Below, one piece after another: positions 54,631 through 56,874 of a DNA stretch of 56,874 nucleotides. The notes under the pieces were generated by a model. The model saw only the letters and a program-made list of their open reading frames with translations. It did no database searches and had not been told where the DNA came from. The stretch is taken from positions 1-56,874 of the IMG/VR virus record IMGVR_UViG_3300020472_000030; one strand, written 5' to 3'. The translations under genes and the position numbers were made by a program. Position 1 is the stretch's first letter. Each line of letters begins with the position of its first letter. The DNA is from a virus. Its lineage: Duplodnaviria; Caudoviricetes.

Positions 54631-55037
54631 GTCACACCACATTAGAAGTAACAGAAGAAGTTACAGATGTAACTGCGTCAGGAGATACAATTACTGTAGA
54701 TATTACCGATGATGTAACAACTGTACAGGCTTATTCTTTGGCAGTACCCTTTGAAGTTCCAGGACAGATAACAGCCGCAAATGTTACCGTTGTCCCATAT
54801 GGAACAGTTACAGCTACTAATTTAAGAGATGCATTAAAAGAATTAGCAGACCAAGATTTTAGAGGTGCAGCCACTCCTTCAGGAAGTTATATTTCGGAAG
54901 GGGATACTTGGTATGATACCGATGATGACCAATTTAAAGTCTATAGAGAAACAAGTTCAGGAAATTTTGAGTGGGTCCCCATAATAGTGGGTGCAGCTGC
55001 AGGCGATTCTGATACAATAGACGCGGGATCCTATTAG
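54627..55037 (+). CDS. virion structural protein
   Basis: EGDTWYDT..FKVY..W motif, terminal DAGSY. Confidence 0.6.
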   Translation: MSHTTLEVTEEVTDVTASGDTITVDITDDVTTVQAYSLAVPFEVPGQITAANVTVVPYGTVTATNLRDALKELADQDFRGAATPSGSYISEGDTWYDTDDDQFKVYRETSSGNFEWVPIIVGAAAGDSDTIDAGSY

Positions 55038-55054
55038 GATATTTGGAGTTATAA

Positions 55055-56188
55055 ATGGCTCAAACAATTAAAATTAAACGAAGTACGGGTGTTGGTAAAC
55101 CTGCCAGTGTTGCCCAAGGAGAGCTATTTTATGCCTATGATTCCTCTGACTCTGGGGGAACGTATTCTAAGCGTCTGGCAATAGGTAATGTAAATGGTGG
55201 AGGAAATACTCCGGAAATTATTGGCGGAAAAGTATTTATGGATATGCTTGACCATACCGCCGGCCAACTCACTGCTAGCAGCGCACTACTTGTCGATTCA
55301 AATAAATATATAGATGAGTTGTTACTTGGTGATCAAGGTCAAGTCAAACTTCATGAAACTACTGCTAATGGTTCGAATTATATTGCTTTAAGAGCACCAG
55401 CCAATGTTACTACCACTACTACTTATTTACTTCCTGAAGATGGAAGTAGTGGGCAAGTTCTATCCACAAATGGATCAGGGGCTCTTAGCTGGACCGCGTT
55501 AGGCGGAACTCTTACTGTAGATGGTGATACTGGCACTCAAGATGTAAGTTTAGCGTCAGATGACCTACAAATTATAGGTACAGCAAATGAAATTGAAGTT
55601 GCAGTAACTAAAACTGGAACAGATGTTAAAGCAACTATTGGACTTCCTGATAATGTAACAATTTCTGGAAATCTAACGGTTTCAGGTACAACTACTACTG
55701 TTTCTTCCACGACTATAAATGTTGCGGATCCTTTACTTGCTTTAGCAACTACTAATAACTCGGCTGATAGTGTTGATATTGGTTTTTATGGACTATATGA
55801 CGATTCCGCATCACAAGACGAGTATACAGGACTTTTTAGAGACTGTAATGATCAAAAATGGAAACTCTTTAAAAACTTACAAGCTGCTCCAACCACCACT
55901 GTAAATACAAGCGGCACAGGATATGCTGTAGCAACACTTGTTGCCCATCTTGAAGATACTAATACTACTATTACTGGTGGGTCAATAACAGGAATTACTG
56001 ATCTTGCTGTTGCAGACGGTGGAACAGGACTTTCAGCAGTTGCACAAGGTTCGGTACTTGTTGCAAACTCAGCCAATACTCTCTCAGCTTTAGACGGAGG
56101 CGGTTCGGGTGATGCTATGTTATTTTATACCAATGCTTCAGATACTATTTCTTGGTCAACAACTGTAGACGGCGGAACGTATACCTAA
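55055..56188 (+). CDS. tail fibre-like structural protein
   Basis: IKIKRS..P..GEL N-terminus, GQVLSTNGSG, LAVADGGTG, terminal DGGTY. Confidence 0.7.
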   Translation: MAQTIKIKRSTGVGKPASVAQGELFYAYDSSDSGGTYSKRLAIGNVNGGGNTPEIIGGKVFMDMLDHTAGQLTASSALLVDSNKYIDELLLGDQGQVKLHETTANGSNYIALRAPANVTTTTTYLLPEDGSSGQVLSTNGSGALSWTALGGTLTVDGDTGTQDVSLASDDLQIIGTANEIEVAVTKTGTDVKATIGLPDNVTISGNLTVSGTTTTVSSTTINVADPLLALATTNNSADSVDIGFYGLYDDSASQDEYTGLFRDCNDQKWKLFKNLQAAPTTTVNTSGTGYAVATLVAHLEDTNTTITGGSITGITDLAVADGGTGLSAVAQGSVLVANSANTLSALDGGGSGDAMLFYTNASDTISWSTTVDGGTYT

Positions 56189-56200
56189 TAGGACAGAACT

Positions 56201-56874
56201 ATGGCGGTAGTAATTAAAGTAAAAAAGAGTGAAACAGCTCTTTCTAAGCCCACGGCAAGTGATATAGCTGTAGGCGAAGTTGCACTTAATGCTAAAGACC
56301 AACGAATTTTTGTCCGTGATGCCAGTGGAGATATTATTACTGTTGGAGAAGCCGGAGGAATTCGTCATGAAAGTTCTGCGGTTACTTTTAAAGTTACAGT
56401 AGCTACAAAAGATGCTACTCACAGATATAACGGTTCTGGTTCAAGTTCTGGGTATAAGATAGATGGATCATTTTCTCCAACACTTATACTTGCTCCTGGA
56501 AACACATATAAGTTCGATCAGGCAGATAGTTCAAATAGTGGTCACCCGCTTCTTTTTTACTATGAAGCAGCAAAAACCACAGCTTATTCTACTGGAGTAA
56601 CAACCAGTGGTACTCCTGGATCTTCAGGAGCATACACACAAATTGTAGTATCAGACTCTACACCATTAGTATTGCACTATCAATGCTCTTCCCACGGTTT
56701 AATGGGAAATCAAATCGTTACAAATACAAGAAATTATACAGGCACAGATACAGATGATATTAGTGAAGGCTCAAGTAATTTATACTTTACAAATGCTAGA
56801 GCTGATGCGAGAATAACAAATGCATTAAAAGATGAAGACAATATGGCTTCAGATAGTGCAACTCATGTTCCTTC
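56201..56874 (+). CDS. tail fibre-like protein (partial)
   Basis: MAVVIKVKKS..P..GEVALN; YKFDQ.DSSN.GHP..YQCSSH..MG domain; runs off window. Confidence 0.7.
   Translation, partial: MAVVIKVKKSETALSKPTASDIAVGEVALNAKDQRIFVRDASGDIITVGEAGGIRHESSAVTFKVTVATKDATHRYNGSGSSSGYKIDGSFSPTLILAPGNTYKFDQADSSNSGHPLLFYYEAAKTTAYSTGVTTSGTPGSSGAYTQIVVSDSTPLVLHYQCSSHGLMGNQIVTNTRNYTGTDTDDISEGSSNLYFTNARADARITNALKDEDNMASDSATHVP

Noticed and set aside
41542-56422. Numerous short antisense ORFs within structural genes (also within pol, helicase and capsid)
   Set aside because: Shadow frames of long genes, with no RBS or recognisable motifs

Overview
A 57-kb segment of a lytic T5-like siphophage genome (Demerecviridae-like gene order), probably aquatic and infecting a proteobacterium. 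About 1-22.9 kb is mostly minus strand. It holds T5-type replication genes (PolA-type polymerase, primase, DnaB-like helicase, split NAD+ ligase, D2/D3/D5-like proteins), lysis genes and host-like auxiliary genes (phoH, iscU-iscA, thyX, ribosomal protein bS21, an ArfA-like peptide, MazG-type enzymes). About 22.9-25.85 kb looks like a compact pre-early/terminal-repeat region. It contains an A2-like protein, a HAD phosphatase and PPK2, and is bounded by a repeat-rich non-coding block with a perfect chromosomal-type parS site. From 25.9 kb the plus strand carries morphogenesis genes: terminase, portal, a fused protease-capsid ORF, a T5-like tube, a lambda-like M-L-K-I-J tail tip and fibres. The most novel-looking elements are two promoter-driven, highly structured non-coding RNA candidates (19.5-19.74 kb, 6S-like rod; 21.24-21.5 kb, multi-branch) and the parS/repeat/PPK2 module at the putative first-injected end. 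All calls come from reading the sequence and from recalled family motifs; no searches were run.
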